Of a stretch of 56,657 nucleotides of DNA, positions 38,135 through 50,078 are shown one piece after another. The stretch is from Basidiobolus meristosporus CBS 931.73 (taxonomy: Eukaryota; Fungi; Basidiobolomycota). Location: NCBI GenBank assembly GCA_002104905.1, contig MCFE01000576.1:1-56657 (forward strand). The letters are read 5' to 3'. The stretch's first letter is position 1. Each line of letters opens with the position of its first letter. The position numbers and the translations under genes are program-made. The notes beneath the pieces are model-generated. The model was given only the letters and a program-made list of their open reading frames with translations. It was not told where the DNA came from and ran no database searches.

Positions 38135-39605
38135 ATGGTTCGTCTCACACTTCTAAGCTGTTTCGCAGCAGTAGCAACGACCTGGCTGACCACTTCTGCT
38201 GAAGAGGCCAAGGATGAGGGGAACAAGGTCTATTTGAGTTCTCACTCACTTCATATGCCGTATATTGGTATGGATTCGAATCTTCCCTCAAAGCCATGGT
38301 TAGAACGCTTTTAAAGGCTCCCACTAACATCTGCGCTCTATCCAGACGAAGAGATGCGCTCAAACTACTTCGAATTCGGTGGTGACACCGTTATCAACAC
38401 CTACAAGGGCATCCGGTTGACACCTGACATCCCCTCAAGAGCTGGCTGGCTGTGGAGTAAACATGTCGGTATTTTTAGCGCTTGCTTGCGACAGAAAGAG
38501 GTGTTGTATCAGGATACTCACCACCTATCTGACTCCAGGCCCTCCCAACCAACTCGTGGGAGATTGAATTCGAGTTCAAGATATCGGGCGCTGGCACGAA
38601 TCTCTTTGGAGACGGCTTTGCATTTTGGGCCACAACCAACGATCCAGCGCCAGGTCCGTAGTAGATAAATTTGACCTAATGCGAGCCGCACGGACTCAAC
38701 GCACCATTCTTCTATGCTAGGCCCTGTCTTTGGAAGCGTCAATGAGTTCGAAGGATTAGGGATTTTCTTTGATACATACGCCAATTCAAAGGCATCGGTA
38801 TGTCTGATACACTAACGAATAGATCTCCAGGTGGCTGAGTTATTAACCAGCGTTCTCCGTCTAAATCCAGCACAATTTCCCCTATGTGATGGCCATGATC
38901 GGTGATGGCAAAACTTCTTACGAAAATGACAAGGATGGATCCAACACCGAGGCCGCTGGGTGCGAGGTACTGTTTCCACTGACATGTCAACCCAAATGTC
39001 TCCTAACATCGAGGTGGTAGGCTGAAATACGGGATCGTTCATTCCCTACAAAAGCACTGGTCACATATTTCCGTGATGAATTCCTTGAGGTAATTGGCCT
39101 AGATTATGCTCGTTCCAGTCCAGTGCTAACAGCGCTACCGAACGAAATGTCCAGGTGAAGCTGCAATGGGAGGCCGAGAACAAGTGGACACCATGCTTCA
39201 CCGTTGACAAGGTGAGGCTGCCAAGCCTTGTGTTTCTAGGATTCAGTGCACATACCGGAGAGATATCAGGTACCTTCAGCGGGACATATGGTACACCCCA
39301 ATGCAAACGAACCCGCTAACCATCCGAGCGCTTGATTCTAGATTCACACGAGATCATCAGCATCACCTCTCACTCGGTTAAAAAGGTAAGCGCTTTGCTG
39401 GAACTCCCACTCGCTGCTGCTCCATCCTCAATGCACCTACCACTCTCAGCAGAGAAAGACCTCCCAGCCTATGTACACCGCAAAACCCGCTCAACGCAAG
39501 CAAGAGTCGTCCGGATGGCTCTGGAAGCTCTTGGCCCTTGGTGGTGTCGGAGGGGTGATCTATTATCTTTACAAGAACAACAACCAAAACAGCAAGCGGT
39601 TTTAG
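38135..39605 (+). CDS. L-type (legume-like) lectin cargo receptor, VIP36/LMAN2/Emp47-like, multi-exon
   Basis: Signal peptide MVRLTLLSCFAAVA; IRLTPDIPSRAGWLWS, WEIEFEFKISG, GDGFAFW, GPVFG, GLGIFFDTYAN, GFSAHTGE; TM WKLLALGGVGGVIYYLY; tail KRF*. Confidence 0.88.
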
Positions 39606-41413
39606 GGACTCCGCATGAGCTTTTCGCCGACAAACTGACTGGGCCTTCAAGACTATTGTTGAACAGAGATCATGTGAAAACATCTAAGCGTGAAACCGCG
39701 CTTCCAAATGCGCTCCATGCGGTTTCGAAGCGGCATTCTATCTATTTGAGGCCATCCAAGTATAAATAATTCGCAATTGGTAAACCGTCCATAATAAATA
39801 CCTATTCAACCAAAACTGGTCATCCACCAACCCATGGCTCGCCACACAAAACCACCCCTATCCCACCTCTGCCCTCCCCTTGATGGCATGCCCCTTGGAC
39901 ACCTGAAGCGCGGTGCTATGCTCACCACCAGCTGCTTGCAAGACAGACCCAAGGTGAATCGAGGATCCCCATCGGGATTGGCGGAGGTATGCGGATACCC
40001 AATACGACCCATCACTCTCCCATGGTGCGCATCAAGTTGGACACAGCTGCAACCCAAAATGTCCATAGGATTTCCGATGGATGCTTAAAAAAGTTATATG
40101 ATCTTCGGATCACGATGGGTGGATAGATTGTGGTCGGATGTTGCAGCCTGCATAGCAAATTTCTAGTCCTGGCTAGTGTATCTGGTAGCTGGCCACCCTT
40201 ACTGGGAACCACCCAAAAGGGGTGGGTGAGCTGAGTATAAACCCCCTGCCTGCCGCCACATTACCACATGACCATATATAGATACCCAATGTACCTAATG
40301 TATGATGGCACCTCGCATCTACAAATCGGCGCCCACTTAGGACATTAATGTTACCAGCGGCCGTGGGGTCAAGCCTTACGGCCAAGTTGCGGCTCCTTTT
40401 GGGGACGGATGAGGTAGGGGATGGCCACCTATGGATGCCTCTGAAGCACTCGATATCCCAGACCGGCAGATTTGGCAAACGTTCTACGCGGTGAAGGATT
40501 GCTCATGCGCATGATGCAATCCCTGTTTTGGCGAGAACCCAATGCGCGCCGATGGACCGCCGCCACTGGGGCTGGTGGGAAGCAGCGATATGCAATGGCG
40601 GCGTCAGCACCGCAATCGAAAGCTACCCAAAGTTACCACCCCGCTAACGGGCTTGGGGTGGAGAAAGGCATCTTGGAGGGGTTCAGGTGTGGCTGGACTT
40701 GGGATTTGTTTCGTGAAAGGCAGTGGTGGGCGCAACTCAATCGTGCCATCAGTAGCACAGCGGTTGATTGGCCCTCCCCACCCTAAAGTCCTCGTTCCTG
40801 ATCATCCGTATTCCAGATGGCCGGAATCTTCTGGCAGAGCGAGCCCCATGGCGGGCGAAATTTCTTCAGGCGCAACCTCGAATCTAACCATATCACGGTT
40901 TTCGACCCATGCGGGCGATTTCATGAGGTCTCCCTGTTGGTGAGATGGTACTCTCCACGGCGAATTGCGATTTAGGTTCTTGGCGTAGACTTCCTTTTCC
41001 ACCCTTCCCCCATCCTCGACACATCTTTTCCATCTGCGGTTAAGCACCTCGGATAAATGTGACCGGCTGTTGGCCATCTACCGTCACACTTTCCCTTGTT
41101 ATTGTGTCGTACGGGCTCCGGCAAATGTTATTAGGGTGATTGTCTAATGGCATGCCGCATATTGCGCGACGCTGATTTTATTGAGGGGCTTTCTGGAGAT
41201 TTTACATATATTACAGAGTGCATTTGATTCAGCAGTAAGGATTTGCCCTGCATGCGCTATGATCTTCTTCTAGGCACAATGGCGTCTGTAAGGGTAGTGT
41301 CAAGGGGAAGACAAGATATAGATGCGTGGATGATGGCGATGGTGATGCTGTTGATAGCGGCAATGGTGGTACGAATTGTGCTTGAAACCACGTCTCTGAC
41401 GGTGATGACTCGA

Positions 41414-42985
41414 CTATCCGCAGATACGTGGTGAGGATGAATAACCACCAAATGTGGGCTCGGCGTACAGTCCCGAATAAGATTGCTCATTTTCGCTCTT
41501 GTATCTCTCCTGTCGGCTGGATGAGTTGTCGGTCCCTGGAATGGGTACTGGGTTGGTAAAGGATGCGCTGTTGGGGCTGCTGATGGAGTGGTCGGCGGAT
41601 GAGTCGTATCCGTTCCATGAAACAGGCTGCTCGTCCCATGGAAGAATGCTTGAACCAAGTGGCTCGGATGGCTTTTGGGGAGGAGAGTGTGCGAAGAGGC
41701 TGGACAAGGAGGATTTGGGCTTAAGGTCATGGGCGGAATTATCGGAGTTAAATACAGGGTCTCGATCGAGCGATCCCCTTGTGGGGATCTTTTCAAACAA
41801 TTTGCAATCGCTCTCAGCCGGCGCCGACAGGGAGATTCCAAAATCATATCTAGATCCGAATTGGTTGTTCGAAAGATTCAGAAAGACCGGCGCCTCCGGA
41901 GATCCAATCTTGAAGAAAGGGTTGCTGGCGTTCGAGGAAAAGTCACCCGGGTCTGGTGATATGAGGGCGGCCGATTTTCCGATGTCAAAAGGCCAGGCTT
42001 GGAAGCGATAGGGCTTCGAGTAAACAAGGTCCACTTGGTAGTTCATTCCATCGTTGTTGTCCCAGAACTCCTGGTTGTTGACTTGGTATCTCACCGCGAA
42101 GAACATCGTCTTCTTGGGCGACGAAGGCGAGAAACTGACCCGATTCTCCAAGTTGATGGCGAAGGAGAAGCGATCGATGCCGACAAACTGTGGGCATGGC
42201 TTCACCGGGGACTCTTTGTAGTCGGCAACCACCTCCTCCACTGTTCGCCAAAAATCGAAGGTATACCGCACGGCAACAACCTTGCGAAATGCCAGGTTCT
42301 GCACCTGTAGAGTTCCAACCAGATCTCGCTTGTCCTCCGACAAGAAGACTTTGTCAACAGAAATGGTTTTGGAGTTGTAGATGGATCTGGAGAAGATCGG
42401 GGGCGGGAAGTTCGGAAGTCTGATGGTTAGTTCGTACTCGGTGTCTTCATCCGAGGAGCAGTCATCCTCGTCATCGGAGACTGGGTTGGAGATGGATTCG
42501 GGTTTCTGCTCCTTCTGAAACAGCTTGACCTGCTCCAGCTTCGCACCAAAGTGAACAAACTTCGTGGGCGTGGTTGGCATGGAGCGGGTTCTTCCCTTCA
42601 GCGCCGACTTCACGATCTCCCCGCTTTTCTTCCGAACCAGACACGAAGGAATGGGTATGGTGAGTGAGGGCTTTTTAGACTTGATCACTGGCTCTTTGAT
42701 TTGTCTCAACGAGTGCTGTTCAGTCGCCGCTGGGGTGGTTTGCGTATCATTCGGCTGGGCCACAATGATCCGAGGGCTTTCCTGTTGTCTCGCTGTTTCC
42801 GACGGCGATGGCGACGGCTCTTGCGCAGGGGCACTGATGATGCTGCTCGGCTCTTGGGCATATTTCGATAGTTCCGGCGACTTCGGGCTTTCCAAGAGGG
42901 GGTTGGGGCAGGAGGAACGCAGAAGCACCCTTCTCCTCGGCCAGGTCGAGGTCTGTGCCAGATCGGATTCGGAGGCTAGATGCAT
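41414..42985 (-). CDS. Glycogen-targeting PP1 regulatory subunit with CBM21 (Gac1/Pig1/Gip2-like)
   Basis: RVxF-type KFVHF followed by LEQVKLF; CBM21 GTLQVQNLAFRKVVAVRYTFDFW...DRFSF...FFAVRYQVNNQEFWDNNDGMNY. Confidence 0.88.
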   Translation of the reverse strand: MHLASESDLAQTSTWPRRRVLLRSSCPNPLLESPKSPELSKYAQEPSSIISAPAQEPSPSPSETARQQESPRIIVAQPNDTQTTPAATEQHSLRQIKEPVIKSKKPSLTIPIPSCLVRKKSGEIVKSALKGRTRSMPTTPTKFVHFGAKLEQVKLFQKEQKPESISNPVSDDEDDCSSDEDTEYELTIRLPNFPPPIFSRSIYNSKTISVDKVFLSEDKRDLVGTLQVQNLAFRKVVAVRYTFDFWRTVEEVVADYKESPVKPCPQFVGIDRFSFAINLENRVSFSPSSPKKTMFFAVRYQVNNQEFWDNNDGMNYQVDLVYSKPYRFQAWPFDIGKSAALISPDPGDFSSNASNPFFKIGSPEAPVFLNLSNNQFGSRYDFGISLSAPAESDCKLFEKIPTRGSLDRDPVFNSDNSAHDLKPKSSLSSLFAHSPPQKPSEPLGSSILPWDEQPVSWNGYDSSADHSISSPNSASFTNPVPIPGTDNSSSRQERYKSENEQSYSGLYAEPTFGGYSSSPRICG

Positions 42986-44717
42986 GGAAGAGAGGAATAT
43001 ACAACGTCAGGAGGGGAGGCAAGTATGATTACGATCGAACGAGTCAAATAAATGGTCTTAGGTCTAGGTGGCCTCGTTGACAAAGGCTTAATGGTGTGCA
43101 GGAAAACAAAGTCTCACAATGAACACAAATCCAAGGATTCAAAAACGCAGTACCGAAAATAACAAGCTTCATCAGCAGTAAGAACCCGTGGGTCTTTTAT
43201 AAGCGGTGGCAAGTCGAATCAGGATCCTAGGGATTTGCCAAAGTGGGGTGAGATTGTAGTATATTCTTCCGAAAGGCTGCCGACTCCATTGGACATCGTA
43301 TCTGGATCGTGTGATCAGTGATCTTTGGAGATTGTGGGATAAACTTGGTCTGGACTTGACTGTCGAGCGGCGGATAAGGAAAGTCAAGTGAGGAGAGAGA
43401 CAGCGTCATACCGTGGACGCTTGAGACCACCTTGGATCCCAAGTACACGTTGGAATGCCCCCACCCAAGTGCTAACCAGACCTTGGCACACCGGTGGATA
43501 GAGTTGAGGCAATGGCAGCGTTATCAGATAGTCTGTGATTGCGCTGATATGAATCAGCACCTCACTCGACGCACTAGCCTTCTATATATGGTGCAACTCC
43601 AACGTCATGCATCCAGTGAGTAGCACAAATAAATGCCTTGAGCAGTGGAGAAGCTGACGTCGAGTTGATTGAGAATCTCGATAAAGTAGTAGTGATACAA
43701 ATTAGATAAAGGAAACATCGCTGATGGGAAGATAGTCTGGACAGCTGCCACACAGGCGCTCCTTTGAGCTTGTTGCAATGTGAACCGCATTTGAAGGGGA
43801 GCTGGAGTTGAATCCACCTTTTCACCGTCACTTGATCCGGCCTTGCACGAGATCTACCATTTGCGCATCTAGCAGGATCCTAGGGAATCGCTGGAGCCCT
43901 CGTTTCTATAGGCGGGGGAGGGCAGAGGAAGGAGGAAGAGGTCGCGGAGATTGCGTCTGGGTGGTGCTGCCAGTGTCTGGGACCTATCAGTTCCGGTCTC
44001 AGGATACCAATCCCGCATTCGCCCTCCACATGAGCCGTACTTTGGGCCTGAGGGGCCACCAGCAAGCACGTCTTTCTTGATCACTTGGTGCCATTAGTCA
44101 GTGCTCGAATGGCGGATCCCGTATCTGCCATAGGCTTGCGACGTGGGTAGCTCTGGCTGATAGCTAAATGCTGTTTCATATCCTGGGCCCAGATTCACCT
44201 GAGACAGCCTGTCTGCTTATGAGGCTCAAGCAGGAAACCATGGATCAATAAGGTAAAAACTGTTTTACCGAATCAAGCCACACCCGAGTCAACTCTCTGG
44301 ACGATTGGGAGGGGGAGGGCGCGGCAGGATGTGCGAGTGATCACGGTGGGCCGGCTTCCGTCTGTCGCCATCCTTGCTCTTCTCCTTATTGGGAATGGTG
44401 CAATTCGGCTTAAGTACCGCGCCAGATCCCCCATCTTAATCACCAAGTTAGTCAGGAAGAACCCATCCGTAAGCGGCTGTGCCAGATTGGTGGTGATTCT
44501 CGTCTGGGGCTGGGAAAACAGCACCCCCTTAAATAGCCATCATCCATCAGCACTCGCTAAACTCCGGCCCGCAACACAGCAATCTTAAATCTAGTTAAAT
44601 TTGCACAAGATGTTTGGGGTGCATCATGGGATCCATCTACTTGAAGTGCCTATATGATTTCCTGGTTCATAGTCGATTGCTTTCCAGCGGTTAATTCTAC
44701 ACACCCCTAGTGCCTGC

Positions 44718-45669
44718 CATGAGCTTACCTCGGTTTCTACAGGAGGTTGTCACTGGTGATCTGAGGCTTGCTACTCGAGTAATAGCTGGAAGATACGCCA
44801 AGATAAATGAGATAGAGAACACGAATCTAAAAGGCTGGGAGACACCCGCGGATCCTTACTGCGTTCTGGATGCCTTGGAAGAATACAATCTTCCAAAAAA
44901 CAGATACTCTGACATAGTTCCCTATGATCGTAATCGTGTCAAACTGAAAGCAATCCCGTCCAACAGTTCAGATTACATCAACGCCAGTTACGTAGCAGTC
45001 CCTGGTAGCGAACGTAAGTACATCGCCACTCAAGGCCCCAAAGCCAGCACGATCGGGGACTTTTGGCAGATGGTGTGGGAACAGCGGTCCCGAGTGATTG
45101 TCATGCTAACCAAAGTGGAGGAATCTGGAAGAATCAAGTGCGAACCTTACTGGCCCACTGCTCCGCAAACCTCCCTCAACTTTCCCAAGTCCGGCCTAAG
45201 CGTGAGCGTAGTAAAGGAGCAGTACATCGCCAATGACAATTGCGTCGTTCGTGTTCTGCTACTCAAAAAGAGCACCCCTTCCGATGGAATCCAGGAATTC
45301 ACCGTTACCCAATATCACACCTTAGACTGGCCAGACCATGGCGTTCAGTCCCACCCACAGAGTATTCTGGATCTCATCAAACTGACCAACCAAGAGCAGC
45401 AGACCTATGAGTTGGATAGCCGAAGCAAGGGGTTTGTGTGTGGCCCGGTAATTGTCCACTGTAGTGCTGGATGCGGTAGAACAGGGACTTTCTGCACCAT
45501 CGACACCGTGTTGTCTCTTCTGCCAACCCTGGAGGACGATTCGGTGGACCTGATCTTTGAGGTGGTGAAGAAATTCCGGGAGCAACGTCGAATTATGGTT
45601 CAAACAGTGAAGCAATACGAGTTTTGTTACATGGCCATCATAACTGAACTTTTGTCCAGAAACCACTAG
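44718..45669 (+). CDS. Classical protein-tyrosine phosphatase (single domain, Ptp1-like), intronless
   Basis: KNRYSDIVPYD, DYINAS, YIATQGP, DFWQMVWEQ, WPDHGV, VHCSAGCGRTG, MVQTVKQY; ATG at 44718. Confidence 0.93.
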
Positions 45670-46399
45670 GCTTCTTGGTGTTCGAGCTTATATAAAATCC
45701 AACCGCACCTTCCATAAATCTCTCACTTTTCCTTATAACAATTTGGGCCCTGTTTTGAAGTGGCTGGTGTATCCCGGACCTGGAATGCACTACGTATAAA
45801 TATAAAATCATTCGCCTTTTAATCCTGGAGTCTTCCATGTACCACTGCATGTATCAAGTATATGTTTGGAAACTAATAAGGCATTATAAATGTCTCCCTA
45901 TGAAAAATCTCAGACTTGGAATTCATCTGATAATCTGCTGGCATTCCAATGGTATTTTGCTGGCATTCAGCTGGTGGTTTTCTTTCAATTTTTTGGTTGC
46001 AATTCTTTGTGGAAGTAGTAGTTAGCTGATTACCAAATTTGGCACAAGTGCTAGCAGGCCTGGTCTCCTCCTAGAAAATGCTTCTGCTTGTCTACCAAAT
46101 AGCTAGTACCTGAGATTTTGGGAGTTGCAAGTTTAGAGAAACTTGGAGTCCAGCTGATATTATGATGGCATTTGGCTGTCCTTTGGTTATTTTTTTCTTA
46201 TGGGTCATCTAACAAAATCCACCCCATCTATAAGGATCTCTCTTGCAAGTGATCAACTTTGTACCATATTGTTACTTGTCCATACTTACCATATTATTAA
46301 CTTCCTATAAATAAGTTCTTTATGTGTATCAGCTGACATTATTGGAGGATATGGAGCTAAGACTTCTACTGGAAGCTTATTGCTGTTATCCCAAAAGCA

Positions 46400-47760
46400 A
46401 CTTCCCTGCAGCATCATCTTCATCTTCACCTATCCAACTTGGCAGTTAGATCCATACTACTTTTCAGTAGAGGAGAAATTCCAGTAATGGTGGTAGTAAA
46501 CACTCCAGAGAGTGACAGCTTGGTGCTCATAATTTGCTGTAGGAGCTTGGAGATATTGGAAGTGATTAGGAGAAGTAGTAGATTATGTGGTTTTCACTCA
46601 ATGATTTATTCAATGTCAATGTAGTATTTTTACTTTTGCATGATCTTGGCATAGAAAACATGTAGAGTATGATCCAAAAGGTCCCAAAAACATATGTCTA
46701 AAGTTTGGGGCTGTTTGGACAACTCTGAGAAATTTCATGCTCTGGGTACCTGAAATTTTGGTGGCCATATTACAAGTATATCCCAACAAGGCATTTGGTG
46801 AGGATTCTCTGAGATTTGTGGATGATGATCTCAGTGACTAAGTTAGGTGAATATTTAGCTGGAATTACAAATTTTGCAACACTCCACTCAACTAAAGGCT
46901 CATACTGACTAATCCTAATTCTGACCAATCAAATTTGTCTCTAGCTAATGGTGTGGTGAATATGTTTGCAGTCATTTCATCTGTAGGAGGGTAAGCTAAG
47001 TTAACCAAATTATTCTCTATAGCTTGATGTATGTAATGATGTTGAATATCCATGTTCTTAGTTCTAGCATGAAAAGTTGGAATTCTACCTAATTGCATAC
47101 ATCCTTGACTATCTTGAAATAACATAATCAGCATTATTTGACATAAGCCTAAATCTATAAAAGCTTTCTTAGCCACATTTCCTTGTTTGTAGCTTCACAG
47201 GCTGCCATATACTCTGCCCCTGTGGTGGAAAGTGCTACAGTTGATTGCTTTCTTGAATTCCATAAAATTGTTCCTTTACAGTAAATAAAGGTGTATCCTA
47301 TGGTGGATCTTCTGTCTTCTGAATCTTGTCCCCACTTAGCATCAGAGTATCCATAAGATCTTGTTCTGAATTCTTATAGGAGTACCTTGATCAGATATCA
47401 GTAGTTCCATTTAGGTATCTAAAGTCCACTTGACTACTACAATATGGTCAGATTCATAGCTGTGATTATGCTGGCTGACAGCTCCCACTGAATATGAGAT
47501 ATCTGGATGTGCTCCAACCATGCTATCCATCAGACTGCCAACCATAGATTGGTAAAGAAATTCTGGGCTTTCAGATGGCACCAAGCTCTCTTGATTTAGT
47601 TGAGTTTTGACCAAGTTAAGGCTTGTCTCCATTGGGGTAGCTGCCAATTTACAGTCTTCCATTTGATACTGCTTTAGTATATCTTGAATATACTTGGACT
47701 GGCTAAGGTTTGATGGCCAGGGTACTTCTGTCTATCAAGAACTTTATCCCTAAGTAGTAA
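46400..47760 (-). mobile_element. Degenerate Ty1/copia relic: gag 5' fragment (46400-46530), LTR (46535-46881), PPT, RNase H/RT end (46892-47760)
   Basis: LTR homologous to 49730-50078; decayed PBS (ATTATGAGCACC) on its left; PPT on its right (46882-46890); frame-broken MEDCKLAATPME, HARTKNMDIQHH. Confidence 0.88.
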
Positions 47761-47861
47761 CTAGACTTCTTTCTTTGGATAGCACCTCATTGAGCAATGA
47801 GCGCCAAATAGTGTCATAGTGTGCCAAAGAGACCAAGTTCTTGTAATACTTTGTAATTACA

Positions 47862-48290
47862 GTCCAGAACTGAAGATTTGACCTTAAATGGCATAAATGG
47901 AAGGCTCCTGGAAGAATATTTAAGAAAATTAAGTGCCAACAGGAAGAAAGAAGAAAATGCTTTAAGAAGTAATGATAGTCATCAAAGGAGGTATCCAAAA
48001 CCATTTAAAGGCATTAGCAACCTGTTTAACAACTGCTGCAAAAGGAAAGGACATACATCAGACCAGTGCCTCAAAAAGAGAGATAGCAAGCAGAAAAAGC
48101 CAGAGTATGGAAATGCTGCAACAACTAAAGATAGACTATTCACATCCGCATTAAATATGAAAACAAACAAGGATTTTCAGAAATGGTATATTAGCTCTAG
48201 AGGATCTCAGCACTATATGCATCAGAAGGAACTTTTTATCCAATATCAAGAGATTCCAATTAAGATGGTTTTCATGGGTGACAATACCCT
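47862..48290 (+). mobile_element. Inverted copia gag/protease fragment
   Basis: RTEDLTLNGINGRLLEE...CCKRKGHTSDQC...KWYISSRG, homologous to 55530-55950. Confidence 0.85.
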
Positions 48291-48489
48291 AGGAAAAATA
48301 ATTTGGTCCTGCAGGTGGATCTGATCCAGATCAGCCATCAGGATCCCATTAAGAGACCATCAAAATACCAGCAGCTTGGAATTAGTGACCCTCTTAACAA
48401 TCTTATGACAGGATCACAATGGTGTTTTGCTAATTTTACTACCAAATAAAGTGATAAAACTTCACAGGATTTGATTGGTGCCGTGACAA

Positions 48490-49729
48490 TAATTGTATGG
48501 TATTGTTGTGGCCTTGTTGTGCTCTACAACTATTGTAAATGGATCCAACTGGCCAGGACATCTATTTGCCTTATATAGCAAGAAACTTGATGGTATTTCA
48601 GCAAGCTCACAGCAAGACTCTATGGCATTACATTTGCAGTATGACAGCCTACAGCTGGTTCTGTATTATGCTACCATACCAATTTACCAAATGGTATTTT
48701 CTTTTTCTACCTCCCCTTGTGCAATTCATATATTTCACTGTGGCATCACCCCTCTATATTTGCTGACCGACTACTAGCTTGGGTATTCCACATATTGTTT
48801 GAATAAAAAAAACAATGGCCTCCTGCTTACTAACCTCTACAAGCACACACACCTGCCGCAATTGTCATACTTCTATCACCTCAACTTTACAGCTTTTTAG
48901 TGTGATACTTGCAAAGTTGCCATATACCTTGTACTGCTGGTAACATATACATCTTGCAAACATATGCTTGGCTATTGCCACCTCTGCCATGAGTACCTCC
49001 TGAATATCTGCAAAGAACTTCTTGGTATTTAGCCAATATATTCCTTCTCCCTGCTGGATTCTAGTCCCCCTTATAGGTGTGCTCTGGCTCTTATTTGTGT
49101 GAATTGTGTATTGAATGGTGTAGAAGTTGGCTTGTGACCAAGAGAAATTGGGCATATCTTGGTAGAGTTTTCCTAATAAAAGTTAGTTGCTTGTTGCACC
49201 CAACTCAACTTTGCATTACTCAACTGATTACACATGCATTGGGGCTGCTTAGCCTCTTAATGCCATAAGCATAGGTGTCTCCATGTGCACATTTATCCGC
49301 AGTATTTTCCAACTCTTCCTGGCTGTCCTCCATGTGCCAACTCATCACATCCATGACAGACTTGAAGGTAATACTCTTGATGAGATTGGGATATGGTAGT
49401 ACCTGCAACTTGACTCTTCTTCCTATCTCCCCACACATTCACTCCATAGGAAACTCCCAAAAGGTGTAGCAAGGCCCAATATTCTCCACACATCATGCAA
49501 GATGGAGTAGAGAATAGATACAGTAGTGGCAGAGATCTACATGTTCAGCTTCATGTTTGTAGTACAGCTGCTCAAATTCTGCCACAAACTCCTTGCACAA
49601 CAGCTGTAGATGCATCAAGTTGGCATTTGTGATACACTTCTGGATACATATTCTTACAATGTCCAAAAATGACTCCTACTGCTTCCAATGTACTCTTGGT
49701 AGGAATGGCTTCAGAATGCCACTTGAATA
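48490..49729 (-). mobile_element. CACTA/EnSpm (CMC)-like DNA transposase relic, continuing at 54416-54515
   Basis: Manual minus-strand translation through stops: WICVYSSGILKPFLPRVHWK...YSLLHLA*CVENIGPCYTFWEFPME*MCGEIGRRVK..PYPNL, matching the H-x-L-x-H-L...GP...W-x-FPMER signature; frame is continuous across the copia insertion. Confidence 0.68.
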
Positions 49730-50078
49730 TGTTGTAAGAGTCTTGGAGATATTGGAAGTGATTGGGAGAACAAGTAGATTATGTGGTTTTCCCTTAATGA
49801 TTTATTGAATGTAAAAGTAGTATTTATACTTTTACCTGATCTTGGCATTACAAACACATACAATAGGTTGAGAAAGGTCCCAAGAACATGTGTGCAAAGT
49901 TTGGGGCTGTTTGGACAACTTTGAGAATTTTCATGTTCTGGGTACCTGGTGTTTTGGTGAAAATATTCTAAGTAAATCCCAACAAGGAATTTGGTCAGTA
50001 TTCTCTGGGATTTGAAGGTAATGATCTAAGTGACTAAGTTAGGTGAATATTTAGGTGGAATTACAAATTTTTACAACA
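49730..50078 (-). repeat. 3' LTR of the full-length copia
   Basis: 349 bp; preceded on the minus strand by PPT TGAGTGGGAG; about 24 substitutions versus the 5' LTR by manual alignment. Confidence 0.95.

Noticed and set aside
41257-43028. Multiple overlapping ORFs around the CBM21 gene
   Set aside because: Alternative-frame or antisense products of a GC-rich, Pro/Ser-rich CDS
48660-49155. KYHLVNW-like fragment suggesting a LINE RT
   Set aside because: The adjacent frame carries a clearer CACTA-type FPMER signature and no RT catalytic motifs were found
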